Below are positions 30,401 through 36,339 of a DNA stretch of 64,000 nt, piece by piece. A program made the translations under genes and the position numbers. How positions within the stretch are numbered: position 1 is the first letter of the stretch; the number at the start of each line of letters is the position of its first letter. The notes below the pieces were generated by a model. That model did no database searches, was not told the origin of the DNA, and saw only the letters and a list, made by a program, of their open reading frames with translations. The stretch is from an uncultured Lachnospiraceae bacterium (GTDB lineage: Bacteria; Bacillota; Clostridia; Christensenellales; UBA1242), in the NCBI GenBank assembly GCA_964600435.1, contig CAZRJB010000007.1, positions 278 to 64,277 on the forward strand, read 5' to 3'.

Positions 30401-31141
30401 ACCTTGAAGTGTGAAATTGCCTATACTATCTTCAGGTTTGTACACATTGTTTTTTATAGCACTCGAATAACAATCTTTTCCATCAATCTTACACCCATCA
30501 ACAACGTTTTTAATATCATCATCAATAGTATCATTATTATCCTTATCAACCCATCCCTTATTACACCCATAAGATGTTTCAATTATAACGTCATAAATGC
30601 CGGCAGAGGTGTCAACATATCCAAAAAGGTGTTTATAGTTGTTGTCAACACTTATTGAGTTATCAATAATAACCCCGGAAATTTTATGGCCATTGCCGTA
30701 AAATTTGCCTTTAAAGTTAGAATTTTCTATTCCAATTGGCGTCCAAATTTTGCCAGAAAGGTCAATGTCCGCATTTAGAACAAAAGAGCAACCATTACCA
30801 GTTCCACCGTTAACCTTTTTTGCCATTTCAGCCAATTCTTCTGCGGTGTTAATTTTGTAAACCGTTCCATCTAATATTCTACCCCAAACTTTAACACCAC
30901 TACTCTCCGTCAACCCCATTGCCGTTGGGCTTGTGGAAGAAGAGGGGGTGTAATCCTCCCACTTTTCCAAGTTTAAAAAGCCGTTTTCGTCCGGTGTTAA
31001 ATCAACAGTTTGAACTTGAGAAATTGTTTCTGCCAAAACTGGTTCAGACTTGCCGTTTAAATTAAAAAAACATGCACAGCACAAAGCCAGCAAAAAAATT
31101 GGAGTTAACAATTTAACAATTTGACGGTTTATATTTTTCAT
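12473..31141 (-). CDS. Giant 6222-aa cell-surface adhesin-like protein (GLUG/beta-helix cap-like domains, YDG/MBG-like repeats, InlB B-type repeats, C-terminal TM anchor)
   Basis: Signal peptide; about 10 K(T/V)YDG-type motifs; PTPTRxGYxFxGW...LYAxW repeats; hydrophobic segment followed by RKKNK; no LPXTG. Confidence 0.9.
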   Translation of the reverse strand: MKNINRQIVKLLTPIFLLALCCACFFNLNGKSEPVLAETISQVQTVDLTPDENGFLNLEKWEDYTPSSSTSPTAMGLTESSGVKVWGRILDGTVYKINTAEELAEMAKKVNGGTGNGCSFVLNADIDLSGKIWTPIGIENSNFKGKFYGNGHKISGVIIDNSISVDNNYKHLFGYVDTSAGIYDVIIETSYGCNKGWVDKDNNDTIDDDIKNVVDGCKIDGKDCYSSAIKNNVYKPEDSIGNFTLQGVYYGYEPEDAFGSFYSQLRQGSTSMINFSDKYSQNYTITNILIYELDWEKKNFCTSGDNNNPVATIPIDLGYQKTAYAGLRLSSFRFCDNREYSIAKNATTVNSNKTYFNLDLKSTHQSYIKIVVEFAYKIVEPEFTFYTIRGIKNESDNLYSVKDSNIYYSHGLSEAVSKGQLDFFDFTKEGISLTNSFRYNDELNPVLKNKLGDYNYYFQSGEKITDSTKIGNDSNIDIYIFNIEEVEVYNKITYNTNENCFCLGGNSSTMTAYRIFEIVDKTNSLTNKIIYSKDCGIINNNFSCDDFINIFKMLEVYYTINWTAAMLSRGMNSSYKNQTYQRSFSIIYANWCVKSVEITINGSLEGIKTYTYFKESFEQNSYVYAKELDSDRIETLSENQTRFTLFYTEKLYFVDGNSEINSEPLSYYLKLSGEKDEANNNPIKLARDFEYSDPSSKKVIQGDGAIEVPTQASNGSQYYAAAVLSILQNGATYKLEKCDKKIGSIKFMFKGISSTGAEMNLSLLNDYFEDLQAFYSYKKDQKDEKVSLTIWKDREVEASLYQGKDFTDYNNLESAYKFDLVGNTNNTFTLKWKSTSRVGMTFDKTRNSVSISKDGIEQSVYKDGILDYTSLNFKITNFNKNNEDVIITITLKKTENTFVVNVKDSDGNSDFNNTKYKDASKITINGEETNSKKVSQGTSFDITYNSGWFSVESINCSVSYTDENKDGGIDNKTLDVSQIALDNGSGTITIDPRKLGAYYGDVDVTVTLTKVEKTVTLEVVNGTIDNSGDPKTISYYYNTSFYLKAEGDDKYTLTITNNNVSTTYTIKPNSHYGTGYVSGMKGGSSVYGCNLDTNASITVTYSPKEYNVNWDLGYYDDSGVWKNNNKNLEGKITTLAETFNGTLKKPSNTQVEYFNFLRYEIVKDGKEPITITKDDINENLIDGYKFKINDTDISNYLNYGIFITSIKIRMVYEPILYKFEFSGYNGDVATTSTKQTSSAAEDSFEDTLLKLLGDDLQKTGYEISGFHLSTDEDEAYGKETNVKDVITEKHTEQTINLTVEYKGKPVKLAFVVTSLGADREWSTTHTLNLTILEAYGTPIPFGKQLQNAVEDYESGIYKISAYSYENIDWERWQALTETDDDVLFNNFSEGKTDYTVYVRLEKVTKTITFDETYCSETSIEYDSINKTITGTIPTPTRDGFEFLGWGYDEKNVMIKKADSTWESSTSFDDITNNTDWKIYYSSNSDEVTLYAYWKFVGTANNVTISDNEFVYNGTGNNVTIYLPNWPGVGFAFGSVSKNGGGDSDFIGNSIKNGTLTLSGFKYVAHGGTYKVTLNSSLTTETGAVSSAYITNPDAIGALSIDVTVTITKAELTRNGSADKVYDGTTSVKFTISGVAPGDSISASYADKNVGEQNINYTFDDNDIKDSYNIEGLPTKGKIETLKVTVKVIGSVKSALTNINLANIEWKTGTSSWWNVSGNDHNLTFEYDYNDSNVWNAIKGNLTIKFTIKYNGSVVVSNFECSENNNVEVIIDSTEFRVATLTAGEKGYVFVAYLDTDTDKETPIALVFDSASPKESEGKYEIIIESDENTLDTFKFNFGTSYTNYWIKKITVGGKELSDIPKADTNNNFTLTILGTAEEWTNVEIILTQTSNITFNLLLAENETIEGASVTDKQIAYGTGYTLPSGLTRTGFTFDGWSSSKNNVSKVTSSTWQIKETNVTLYAVWIFTSPTLTLTGDISKTYDGEESEIGLTVSGNNDKLTYEFSLQKQNGESWVNVDGFENNILKVKNVADSGTYKAVLTKVYAKVDDKIVTYYNDSSTMSGSKTVTINKKDVEFNLTEISKVFDGFATYIYTISDTDFADDINNELSNKTITFKFKDGEDDSINVGTYGYNATTGKKLNFESLNDTVFNNYNISFKNNLVAEITKRQIKLDVGEDKTEGYTGGVWAITIEQNGVYDLSVDPTGLTNFDDTNVNFKFSSIQVKTNKPYVGVYPSVNEGLELVPSVTIVDKINNNINIQNTNFEFTIVGKFEITKANLTNKNVKINDKTVVTYNGNSQTIHVEITNLTSKKPFSYTLLGKDGTAVSAESIPYNTDAGKFLADISTGKKDVGEYEFTLTLKSDDYNDYTSAPFYLNITTLYVTGKNGSVTYSRKYDATKNVNFSENNVSFTTSAGATVDSALVGEILNNYTFEFSDKNVGTDKTISFKRNNNSYKNIEIAAGSTFTGKIEQAEIYLNAGTIEKVYDSDGKYEIEYGSLTKYASTSTESTIVESFGSGSIVVNYSGISDQEIDLSGISSDSYSCDTLIMSDGKSVSTNYSVKGILGKLNINKAIIKITLGETYEYTAENAALNISAQLQKNNGFETVATNTMNNYVSYVVYCGQGSNKADSQTSVYKNAGLYTATFTINDSNCYTFEDGTQTCDIEFEITPKNVTISVKNNKIEHVYNGLNYVIKTEDLDLGGLINNHTINNIIKTSNSLHGVYNLGNPEQVLVLDKNGSTISGDTNAEKIRIYESGEDVSGNYNVTLSGAIEIVTTTEATLEYVGDDSLTYNGEQQEIKLKVTINGSTIGFFKVESGVTVKQYSDESFTSEINSGNTHISNVSAFVTLNNNESIGFKYAGEYTISLRCDSFTTKDITKEILPKTIGIDNLSYTAEKVYNGTDTVSVSISSEDFIENDSNCFNVSAKYNDKNVGENKTITFTFTEKTTTDPFSSYIFNSYTTNAVDDADNMILISNNGKITARGVTFTYKYNDSTEPTPYYYTGKALTLDVSRFDISNSVPGESFGGTITYNDIVNADEYALANSTDVETSSLTVSGDSSLNNYTITFAGNVTVNKAEVVVESVSGNSYTYDAAAHKATLTATISDGKGAIAEGAGANSIIIAKYGSAKSSEVSEAGTYSIYPEIASDYANNYTYAGGESLGTNLIIATRSITIKVEKSTYVGKLNNNENFEHTLSSSDVLSSDVETGLVAGHTIKGKVATNESATGTYKFSGTLEEFESSARVTLSDFGIYEIQNESTTVGSNYSVYFDITLNITEQVSDGELFIKSKNNLTYDGTEKQFENVFDVTNNTNLELDYTVYYYNDFDAAKDDLGKLKDDDINASGLSGSTALIKDAGTYYAIVLYKPKATEQDPTIYSNVVTVVINKKQISSFKFSDGTTFGLTKTYDAKSEVTGLTTDDIVEADKNKFSSITATFSQSNVGENLNITFAFVADGSLETHDLLSLNNNYSLASQTGSITKKEITVALNSSKSYTYAGEKTHTIEASALTATGLVGSDELAGNVTIAVNGVGPYGSNCITANALKVMSNGTESKNYTITISSTFSVSVTELTVTLTKNNATITYLATDLKDKIVDEIISFANSALGEEIKTQLKNNFYSIFTVKIDETETNEIKDAKTYSLTIKTAKSGNFEFKFETDTTSMQIQVEKADLNINFANSIVTYSQYLENSGYVLTANQVSGLLGDDQSNFSQIKITTDNGIVLGEKYEYPSTLSCSIGNLSDNYNASSIAGDLTLTSATEFELTFENPTYKGKNVDLFDEIKVFKGTEECTTEKVNESDTITFVVDSDGNTIDYTIKVVVDKVGETKIYQEITVNVQPKKVKEISFKSDKTYDGTNVVYDEDGNSNLSSTEFVTGDNVYAKGTYESYMAMPWGITFTPEGDHAGNYKLELNTPPRGNITKKGVIIDVGEDLEFTYSLTNIYSHTLTSGEIIGLVSGDELEEGTVVFALERAAQNQDIAECTTANLTIKCGEADVSDCYEFTFEGKVTINARKFKIDFGEDSTPKGFNNAQQEVVWKVINDDELSDDDKAEIEKSITIIYAGVEPTVLNGTTAPKDVGTYKATISCLNANYSLTDGSTRQFEITKHIYTITEVQSFERTEFDTTALTQDYNVDFGENGTIIIQVTFENVDNGTDKEKELGLHNIKLLSCNNPNIKVEVSGELLEGKLKIIPDSTKTLTITLNSFAEGVSNDRQYGMKDIDKFDLSNFVYTCTVETKTLTNEEINLINLTGNIFFEKGNVGEYGYSSHNLESEYGTIAVETALKLKITKRTIEITANYDKVFDGTTDFVNEINYQAVTNGDEFVENLPNVSLKYESANAGEQDIIVECSDTTNFNVALKDNAGKKGTISKLEVTIGLKAAAAEFVYGDLVVTTLDDEKFVDMFDNCEISYDNSSKITSEKLKELISAKIECENANVSTSNKLKVGDEYTVTYTANESIILTSNSETVTVTTKEVKLVIVDSLNNKKEISKEQDGTTNVVLAEGESLVLDGIVDGDVVTITKAEYATATYGDSIEISVSTTGADVGNYSIVASGKIIKKEIKIKYNYNLNGVKGDILIGTLEGTYCYYEKIEAPTPSHKENGYTFKGWGKSAESTATNKLDFVNKPLNEIFTDYSTEITIYAIWEINKFTVTFKTYTYDLSSGKHQKDESATYQSQTHDYGTELSIENIAEAIDHYTYSGYCLTEQDATNYTNIDSNKHVVKKDITIYLVYSLNKYSVKFESDVEFKNINVNSHAFAYSNSNKTLTITDFYGKKLGDIAAELSSYLTLEKTGYTFNGYSIGETTYTIDNLLNITIPGDETTYTAKWTANTYTLTLKANGGTFCLEDGWSYVDGDHGIITKDVKFDSNVLLPTPTRAGYEFGGYTYNENDIELTDFVFNYDDNVEFTAKWNEKEFTLTIQTENVEKVTAKYYTANGTYLKEETKQVQNNLCEFTVSTSNRVQIVPTGNLGYEFEKFVIGDQEETSNTYKNQSDFIENVTWEIKYKAKNNAITIQVNNTVYGYVESGVVSTDKNKSSITIYKFTGETLELKPTANEGYSIKEIKVISGENIDLVKVEKNNDETYTVSGFVSNITIEVVFEPKDVSITFDFDTNAISVLCDSKNISANFTKTTKVGETITFNLTVKYGYKLKNVTFTPTGSTNTGSILCEGSTYTFTGFTSDGTISIATEKETYTATFELAEFDETNETIIEITNYTNYVSNFENEITKEYKEKIEFVPTFATGWKVKTWQIKEEENYIDKSKELTYSFEIEKATTIRLVIERETYTITYNTSIGGSIKNSSGVQMESFSETVRFGRQAKGATATAWNDAEFDGWFEENTKIISENDINVTINDENASDHTYVAKFNCKEITIQLNVFTNTSRNDLKITNLSEFVKLNDSFVVCSQQTLNGRQVVVLETTVTAYSDINLKFNLPDWFEIDSTKNDIASDGTIVLNQVKTNIQDQTGKNIGYYEVSLKVKTFTVSITTENNAYSNQVSVSIKNGSQYLLKANKNEIVVEYGAKLIFELICNKGYMVTGITNVNYENNIATIESVTSNIECVANVGISKFKVSFNFNYKDGKPFPDIKNYVYYIYYGETNFFDSDNNNVVVSDSIADPQKQINDPYEFLYWNNSYLGVGSYKYSFEKDENGNIIVKTIVAGKETNGFVYDVTNHTNSDCIEVTLYAIWNYEKYSVSVEFKPGVYGGEITSIFGSSTKKFVYNNQVLYAVGSLVTINAPSIAGYKYYGWSEKNESNIKTENLSFTMGKGNTTVVLYYSFEISVGIKEPIENMGSTATVNGKSVANVIVGESFVISAIPAKGLVFDYWTVDGIKDSTLKQTETIVLEETNGAPHTYVAVFKIKNVAVEVENTEIATIKTNKTNFGLGETLFVYVDSIVEGYKITDITINGLGGYFSLSADGSYYYHIITIDDVETGLLVVKPLTATKTYNIKIESNLTGAGTISVNGQNLETFEANYNFMLNFETTESARYALKQVLFNGIVIKTKQDSDLLNFVVYLNANNQFNLDDGSVNTISFEFEKFFWIDTVDTMNGEGTENNPFLIANEKQLAYMAKMLNSGEIDQTNTHLYFMLTADLNLERAFWIPIGTQQHPFNGTFILNEHTINGVILDPDQTYTELAWETRLYGVFGYITENAELIYKVSKMPIIVLISCCALFVAAMVVVIVVIVVRKKNKIQKLSKKISTETLTRTSELNEQELNEFNSEQIITQDKNIPKKPKK

Positions 31142-31220
31142 TTTATCCCCAAAACAATAAAAATTTTACAAATCTAGCAAAAAAAATGCCTTAAATGTTT
31201 GTAATTTTGTTAATAACAAA

Positions 31221-31249
31221 ATTATAGCATTTTCTACAAAAAACAGCAA
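31221..31249 (-). promoter_or_regulatory. sigmaA promoter of the giant-protein gene
   Basis: TTGCTG-17 bp-TATAAT with extended TG. Confidence 0.6.
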
Positions 31250-31506
31250 CCAATTTATCACATATTTTAAATAATATTTAAAAAAACTAAATTTTTAAAA
31301 TGTTTGATATAAAAAACAAAAAAAATATGTAAAATTTTTTTATTGATACATATATATCTTGTCAAAAAGAAAAAAATTTATATAAAAATTATTAAAATAT
31401 GTTAAAATATTTTTAAAAATTGAAAAAATGTTATATAATACAATTAAATATTCAAGTTGCGCTTTTGCGTTTTGGTCTATTTTTACAAAAAAATTTGGAG
31501 AAATAT

Positions 31507-32406
31507 ATGAAAAAATTTGGTTTTTTTATTATCGCGCTTGTTTCTTGTTGTTTTACAATTATTACAACAATACCCAAAGGGGTTGTTTGTGCTCAAGCGG
31601 TCAGCAATTTGCAAACATTTGAACAAAGCAATGTTTTGGCTGTTCCAACCGGAGACGAATTGGTGTCCGGTTTGGAAATGATTTCAACAACCGTAACAGG
31701 TTTAACCGCTGAGTCTGAAAATCAATATTCTTTGCTTAAGTCCACAAGCAACATCACAATAACGGCAAGCATTAATGCAACCCCACAGCCAGACATTGGA
31801 AATGGTTTTATGTGGCACTTAAAAACGCCAAACTCGGCAAGTTATGTTAAAGTTTTTGAAGGTGACGGCACAAAAGAAAACAACGGAAGCACCTACACGT
31901 TTGAACCAAGCACAATTGTTTCTAGCGAAAATGGTTTTGGAGCCTACAAATTGTTTGTTTCAGCAAAAACGTCTGCCAGTGTTATAACGTCAAAAGTTTT
32001 ATGTTTTAATGTTGATGCTGGCAATTTAGACGAAAACACATCAAAATATACCATATCCAAGCAAACCATTAACAATTCCAAAGCAGAAGTTGAAGCGTTT
32101 ACTTTTTCTCTAAACAATGCAAAAGAAGATTGGCTAGACTACACCAAAATTGTTTGGTTTGTTAATGGAACAAAAATTGCTGTTGGAAAATCTTTTGCCT
32201 ACGAGCCAGAAACAACAGAATCGTTTAGGTTGGAGGTTAAATATCAAACAGGAAACTTAATCTCAATTGCAAGCATAAATGTCAAACCAAACTCAACCGG
32301 CACATTAAAATTGGTGCTTGTTATTGCTGGAGTTGTTGTTGTTTTGTCAGCAATTTTTGCAATAACGTTAAAAAGTTTAAACAAGAAACGTGATGTTGTG
32401 TGGTAA
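31507..32406 (+). CDS. Secreted protein with Ig-like domains and C-terminal TM anchor
   Basis: GGAG RBS before ATG 31507; signal peptide; LVLVIAGVVVVLSAIFAITL followed by KKR. Confidence 0.8.
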   Translation: MKKFGFFIIALVSCCFTIITTIPKGVVCAQAVSNLQTFEQSNVLAVPTGDELVSGLEMISTTVTGLTAESENQYSLLKSTSNITITASINATPQPDIGNGFMWHLKTPNSASYVKVFEGDGTKENNGSTYTFEPSTIVSSENGFGAYKLFVSAKTSASVITSKVLCFNVDAGNLDENTSKYTISKQTINNSKAEVEAFTFSLNNAKEDWLDYTKIVWFVNGTKIAVGKSFAYEPETTESFRLEVKYQTGNLISIASINVKPNSTGTLKLVLVIAGVVVVLSAIFAITLKSLNKKRDVVW

Positions 32407-32534
32407 AAAAGCACTAATACCCATTTGTAGCAACTCAAAAACCCCCTTTTTAAACAACTTGCTACAAAAAGAATGCAAAATGATAGAGTCTGCCAACACC
32501 AAAATGTTTGGCTACAACATTTTGGCAAAAGTCC

Positions 32535-32573
32535 AAAAAAAAATTCGCTTAAAAACCAAAAGCGAATTTTTTT
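32535..32573. terminator. Bidirectional terminator
   Basis: AAAATTCGCTT-loop-AAGCGAATTTT with flanking tracts between convergent genes. Confidence 0.7.
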
Positions 32574-32585
32574 ATGCAATGCAGT

Positions 32586-34565
32586 TTATTGTTCACCTTC
32601 CACAAACACAAGTTGATGAAGTGCCCTTGTTGCCGACACATACAAAATGTTCAAGTCAAAAACGTTGGAATAGTTTTGTTTGCAATAGTTTGGAACAACC
32701 ACAGCATCAAACTCCAACCCCTTTGCCATAAACGAAGGCATAACACAAACTTTGTTAATTTGCTCGTTGTAGTCAATGTTTAAAGAAAGGTCGTCTATTT
32801 GATTTAAGCTTTCAAAAACCTGTTTTGCTTCTTTAATTGTTTTTGTTAGCACGGCAATCGAGTTGTGGTTTAACAAGTTTTTAACTACCAAATTTAAGTT
32901 GTTTGTTTTAACAAGTTCCGGTTTTTTGCCATAACGTTTAAAAGGTTCAACCTGAATGCCCTTAAGTTTGCTTGCAAACTCGGTTATTTCGTAAGTGCTT
33001 CTATAAGACTTGTTCATTTCCACATAATCCACATTAAGCATTTCTGTTAAAAGTTGCAAATCTTGTTTAGACATAACTTTTTCAATGCACTGATTAATAT
33101 CCCCCAAAATGGTTTTGTTGCACGGAAAAATTGTGTTTAAAACATCGTATGTTGCAAATGAATAATCTTGCATTTCGTCAATAATTAAATATTTTACTTC
33201 ATTAAACTTGTTTATGCCCAAAAAGTAGTTAGAAATATACATTATTGCGCCAATGTCATCATATCTAATTTGTTCTTTCTTGTTAAGAGAAAATTTCATG
33301 CCAATTCCTGCCAAAAATGCAGAATATATGTTAACAACGTTTGTTTGTTCAAAAAATGGATACAGCATGCTCTTAATTTTTTCAAAAAAGTCATTTATAT
33401 TTTTTGTTATGTTCAGTTTGTCAATAATGTAGTCAACAATCCACTCCACCCTAACTGCAGGTGTTTTGTTTATGTATGTTTTGTTATATAGATCAAGCAT
33501 TTCTTTTGCAGTGATTGTTTGCTCGCCAAATTTTAAATCTTTGGGGTTAAATGCCACATTGAAATATTGTTTGCAAAAAGTTTCCAGACTTTTATAAAAT
33601 TCATATGAGTGTTTGTATGCCACTTCGTTTAGTCTTGTTGAGTTTGTGCAAACTTCTTCCAAATTGTCTTCTCTTTTTTCAAGTTCAATCCCCAAAAACT
33701 CAAGTTCTTTTTGTGCAAGTCTAAAAAATGACATTTGAGAAATGTTTTCCTCACCTAGTTCCGGCAAAACATCTGAAATATATTCAGAAAACAATTTGTT
33801 TGGAGACAAAATTAAAACATCTTCCGCTTTTAAAGTGTTTTTGTTTTGATATAACAGATATGCAATTCTGTGCAAAGCGATTGATGTTTTTCCAGAACCC
33901 GCAACACCTTGAACAAGCATGCTTTTGTTTTTGTTTGCCCTAATAATCTTGTTTTGTTCTTTTTGAATGGTGCTAACAATTGTTTTCATTTTTTGTGACG
34001 CATTTTGCGACAAAACATCCTTTAAAATGTTGTCACCAATTGTAAGTGTGCTATCAAACGCATTTTTAAGTTCGGAATTTTTAATTTCGTATTGCCTTTT
34101 TAAAACAATTTCACCCTTAACTTTGCCGTTTGGCGCTTCATATTCCGCACTGCCCGTTTCGTAGTCGTAAAAAAGTGACGAAACAGGTGCTCGCCAGTCA
34201 CACACAAGTGGAAAATCTTTGTTTGGTTTAACAACATTGTTAACCCCAACATACACGGCGTTGGTTTTTGAGTTTTCTTTAAAATCTACCCTTCCAAAAT
34301 ATGGAGAATAAATTTGTCGATTAATTTTGGTAATGCAAGAGTCCATAAAAGCAATCATGTTATCAAACTCAGCAAGCCTATCTCCCTCGGTTAACTTTTC
34401 TTCGTCATCCATGTTGTAAAAATCTTCCGAATACAACACAGATAAATCTTTTTTTTGTTTTTGCAAACCATTTTGCTGATTTAAATATTCTTGTTTTTGT
34501 TTTTCTAGTTCTTTTAAAACCGTCTTTAAATATTTTTTTTCTAAATCCAGTTGTTCTTTTTCCAT
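32586..34565 (-). CDS. helD: HelD-like RNA polymerase recycling ATPase (UvrD superfamily)
   Basis: SPYFGRVDF, DWRAPVSSLFY, IVSTIQKEQNKIIR, QGVAGSGKTSIALHRIAYLLY, DEMQD, KGLEFD, TRALH. Confidence 0.9.
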   Translation of the reverse strand: MEKEQLDLEKKYLKTVLKELEKQKQEYLNQQNGLQKQKKDLSVLYSEDFYNMDDEEKLTEGDRLAEFDNMIAFMDSCITKINRQIYSPYFGRVDFKENSKTNAVYVGVNNVVKPNKDFPLVCDWRAPVSSLFYDYETGSAEYEAPNGKVKGEIVLKRQYEIKNSELKNAFDSTLTIGDNILKDVLSQNASQKMKTIVSTIQKEQNKIIRANKNKSMLVQGVAGSGKTSIALHRIAYLLYQNKNTLKAEDVLILSPNKLFSEYISDVLPELGEENISQMSFFRLAQKELEFLGIELEKREDNLEEVCTNSTRLNEVAYKHSYEFYKSLETFCKQYFNVAFNPKDLKFGEQTITAKEMLDLYNKTYINKTPAVRVEWIVDYIIDKLNITKNINDFFEKIKSMLYPFFEQTNVVNIYSAFLAGIGMKFSLNKKEQIRYDDIGAIMYISNYFLGINKFNEVKYLIIDEMQDYSFATYDVLNTIFPCNKTILGDINQCIEKVMSKQDLQLLTEMLNVDYVEMNKSYRSTYEITEFASKLKGIQVEPFKRYGKKPELVKTNNLNLVVKNLLNHNSIAVLTKTIKEAKQVFESLNQIDDLSLNIDYNEQINKVCVMPSFMAKGLEFDAVVVPNYCKQNYSNVFDLNILYVSATRALHQLVFVEGEQ

Positions 34566-34577
34566 TTTAAAAACCTT

Positions 34578-35591
34578 TTAGTTATCGCTTCCATATTTCA
34601 CACATGTTAAAACCGGTTGCAATTCTTGATTGTTATATTCCATCACAAAGCCCGTTTTGTCTGAAGAGTTAGATTTTGCCAATTTGTCTTCTTGAATTGT
34701 GTCCATTGCCAACATGCCTGCAACATTTTTAACCTTTCCCAATTTTGCACAACTATAAAAATCTTTGCAGAGTTGTTCATAAACCACATTAACAACCTCT
34801 TTATCTTTTTTATAGTTAGACAACTGCCTAAAACCAATTGCCGAACCATAGTGATATATTTCTTTTTTTATTGTAACCGCAACCGAGGTTGTGTCTAGCA
34901 TTGCAGTTGTTGCTGCTTCATATTTAAAACACCCCTTTTCTTGGTCAAATGTGGCAGTTAAACTTTTATCAAACTTTCCACCATTTTTGTTATAAGACAA
35001 CGTGTACGTTTTTGTCTGCAAGTCATATTTCAAAACCTTAATTCCGCAGGTTAGGTTTGCACTTTCAAGCTCAGCAAAAAGTTCAGCAGGCTGAACATTA
35101 TCCGATTTTTGCTTATAGAACAAATAGCAAGTTAGTTCAGAATTTTTTTTGCCCTGACTTACAACAACATGTGCATTGCAGTCTGTTCCCGCAAAAGTAA
35201 CATCTTCAAACTGAATCAATTCTTCATTTAAAACAACCGAATATTCATAAATTCCATTTTGCGAACTCAAATATTCACTCCCTTCTTTAAGCGATTGGTC
35301 ATTTGCCCACAAAAAGTCAATTGCCGACACAAAGCAACGCTCTTCTGCAATAATCTGATTGAAAGTTGTTATGTGATTTGCAAATTCAGTTCTGTCATTT
35401 TGTTCTGCAACAAGATTTTGGTTTGTTCCAACACCTTGAAATTTTTTTAAATTAGAAACATATGCCTGTTCGTAAAAATTTGCCACACCAACATTTATTT
35501 TGCTTGTTTTTAAAAAGTTTATAGAACTGCAACCTGAAACAACAAAGCCAAAACAAAGCAGCAAAGCAAAACAAAAACAATATTTTTTCAT
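34578..35591 (-). CDS. Lipoprotein of unknown function
   Basis: Lipobox VSGC after a basic/hydrophobic leader; AAGGAG RBS. Confidence 0.75.
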   Translation of the reverse strand: MKKYCFCFALLLCFGFVVSGCSSINFLKTSKINVGVANFYEQAYVSNLKKFQGVGTNQNLVAEQNDRTEFANHITTFNQIIAEERCFVSAIDFLWANDQSLKEGSEYLSSQNGIYEYSVVLNEELIQFEDVTFAGTDCNAHVVVSQGKKNSELTCYLFYKQKSDNVQPAELFAELESANLTCGIKVLKYDLQTKTYTLSYNKNGGKFDKSLTATFDQEKGCFKYEAATTAMLDTTSVAVTIKKEIYHYGSAIGFRQLSNYKKDKEVVNVVYEQLCKDFYSCAKLGKVKNVAGMLAMDTIQEDKLAKSNSSDKTGFVMEYNNQELQPVLTCVKYGSDN

Positions 35592-35656
35592 ATTAACTCC
35601 TTACTCTTAACACAAGTTTAACTCAAAAAGACTTGTTTTAACAACTAATTTTAAAC

Positions 35657-35695
35657 AAAAAAAATCTAAAACTCACATTTGGTTTTAGATTTTTT
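35657..35695 (-). terminator. Intrinsic terminator
   Basis: AAAAATCTAAAA/TTTTAGATTTTT stem downstream of the YcxB-like gene. Confidence 0.55.
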
Positions 35696-35724
35696 AATCT
35701 TTTTTATCAAAAAAAACAAAAATT

Positions 35725-36234
35725 TTACTTTTTCTTTTTAGAAACACGTTCTTTTAAAGTTCTGTGCAATGCTTCTGGCGAACCCTCGGCATATCTAACA
35801 CTTTTTGAAACAATTAATGTTTGATTGTTGTTTAAATATATATAGAACTTATCTTTTGTTTCTTTATATTTTTTTATGTCTTGGTAGTTCAAGTTCATAA
35901 TGCCCTGTTTTTTGCCTTTTAAATAAACAGTAACACTAAAAAACCTTGGGTCAAAACGATATTCATATTCAACTTTTTTATCACCAAAGTTGTTTTGTTT
36001 TATTGCGCTATTTCTAACAATAAAATACATAACAATAATAAGCAAATCAAACAAACCGCCAAGAACAATTAAAACAATTCCTAGCCACTTAATAATGTCT
36101 AAACATAAAAGTGTAATTCCGCCACCCAAAACAACCAAACCAATCAAAAACCTTATGGACATTGGTTTGATAAGTTGCGAATTAACATTGCCATTTATAT
36201 CTTTTTCAGTAATTTCATTTTTAACTCTAATCAT
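35725..36234 (-). CDS. YcxB-family membrane protein
   Basis: Two TM helices then YQDIKKYKETKDKFYIYL...LIVSK; AGGAGA RBS before ATG 36234. Confidence 0.75.
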   Translation of the reverse strand: MIRVKNEITEKDINGNVNSQLIKPMSIRFLIGLVVLGGGITLLCLDIIKWLGIVLIVLGGLFDLLIIVMYFIVRNSAIKQNNFGDKKVEYEYRFDPRFFSVTVYLKGKKQGIMNLNYQDIKKYKETKDKFYIYLNNNQTLIVSKSVRYAEGSPEALHRTLKERVSKKKK

Positions 36235-36339
36235 TAAATCTCTCCTATTCAAATTTTAACGCGACCATATAAAGTCAACAAAGATTGTAACACATCGTTT
36301 TTAATTTTGCAAAGATTTTTGTTTGTTTTTTTAACGAGT

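Noticed and set aside
13471-30658. Many short ORFs inside the giant gene
   Set aside because: Antisense or off-frame shadows without RBS or recognisable motifs.
32586-34565. HelR-type rifamycin resistance gene
   Set aside because: Ordinary HelD-like sequence directly downstream of a lipoprotein gene, with no room for or sign of an upstream rifamycin-associated element.
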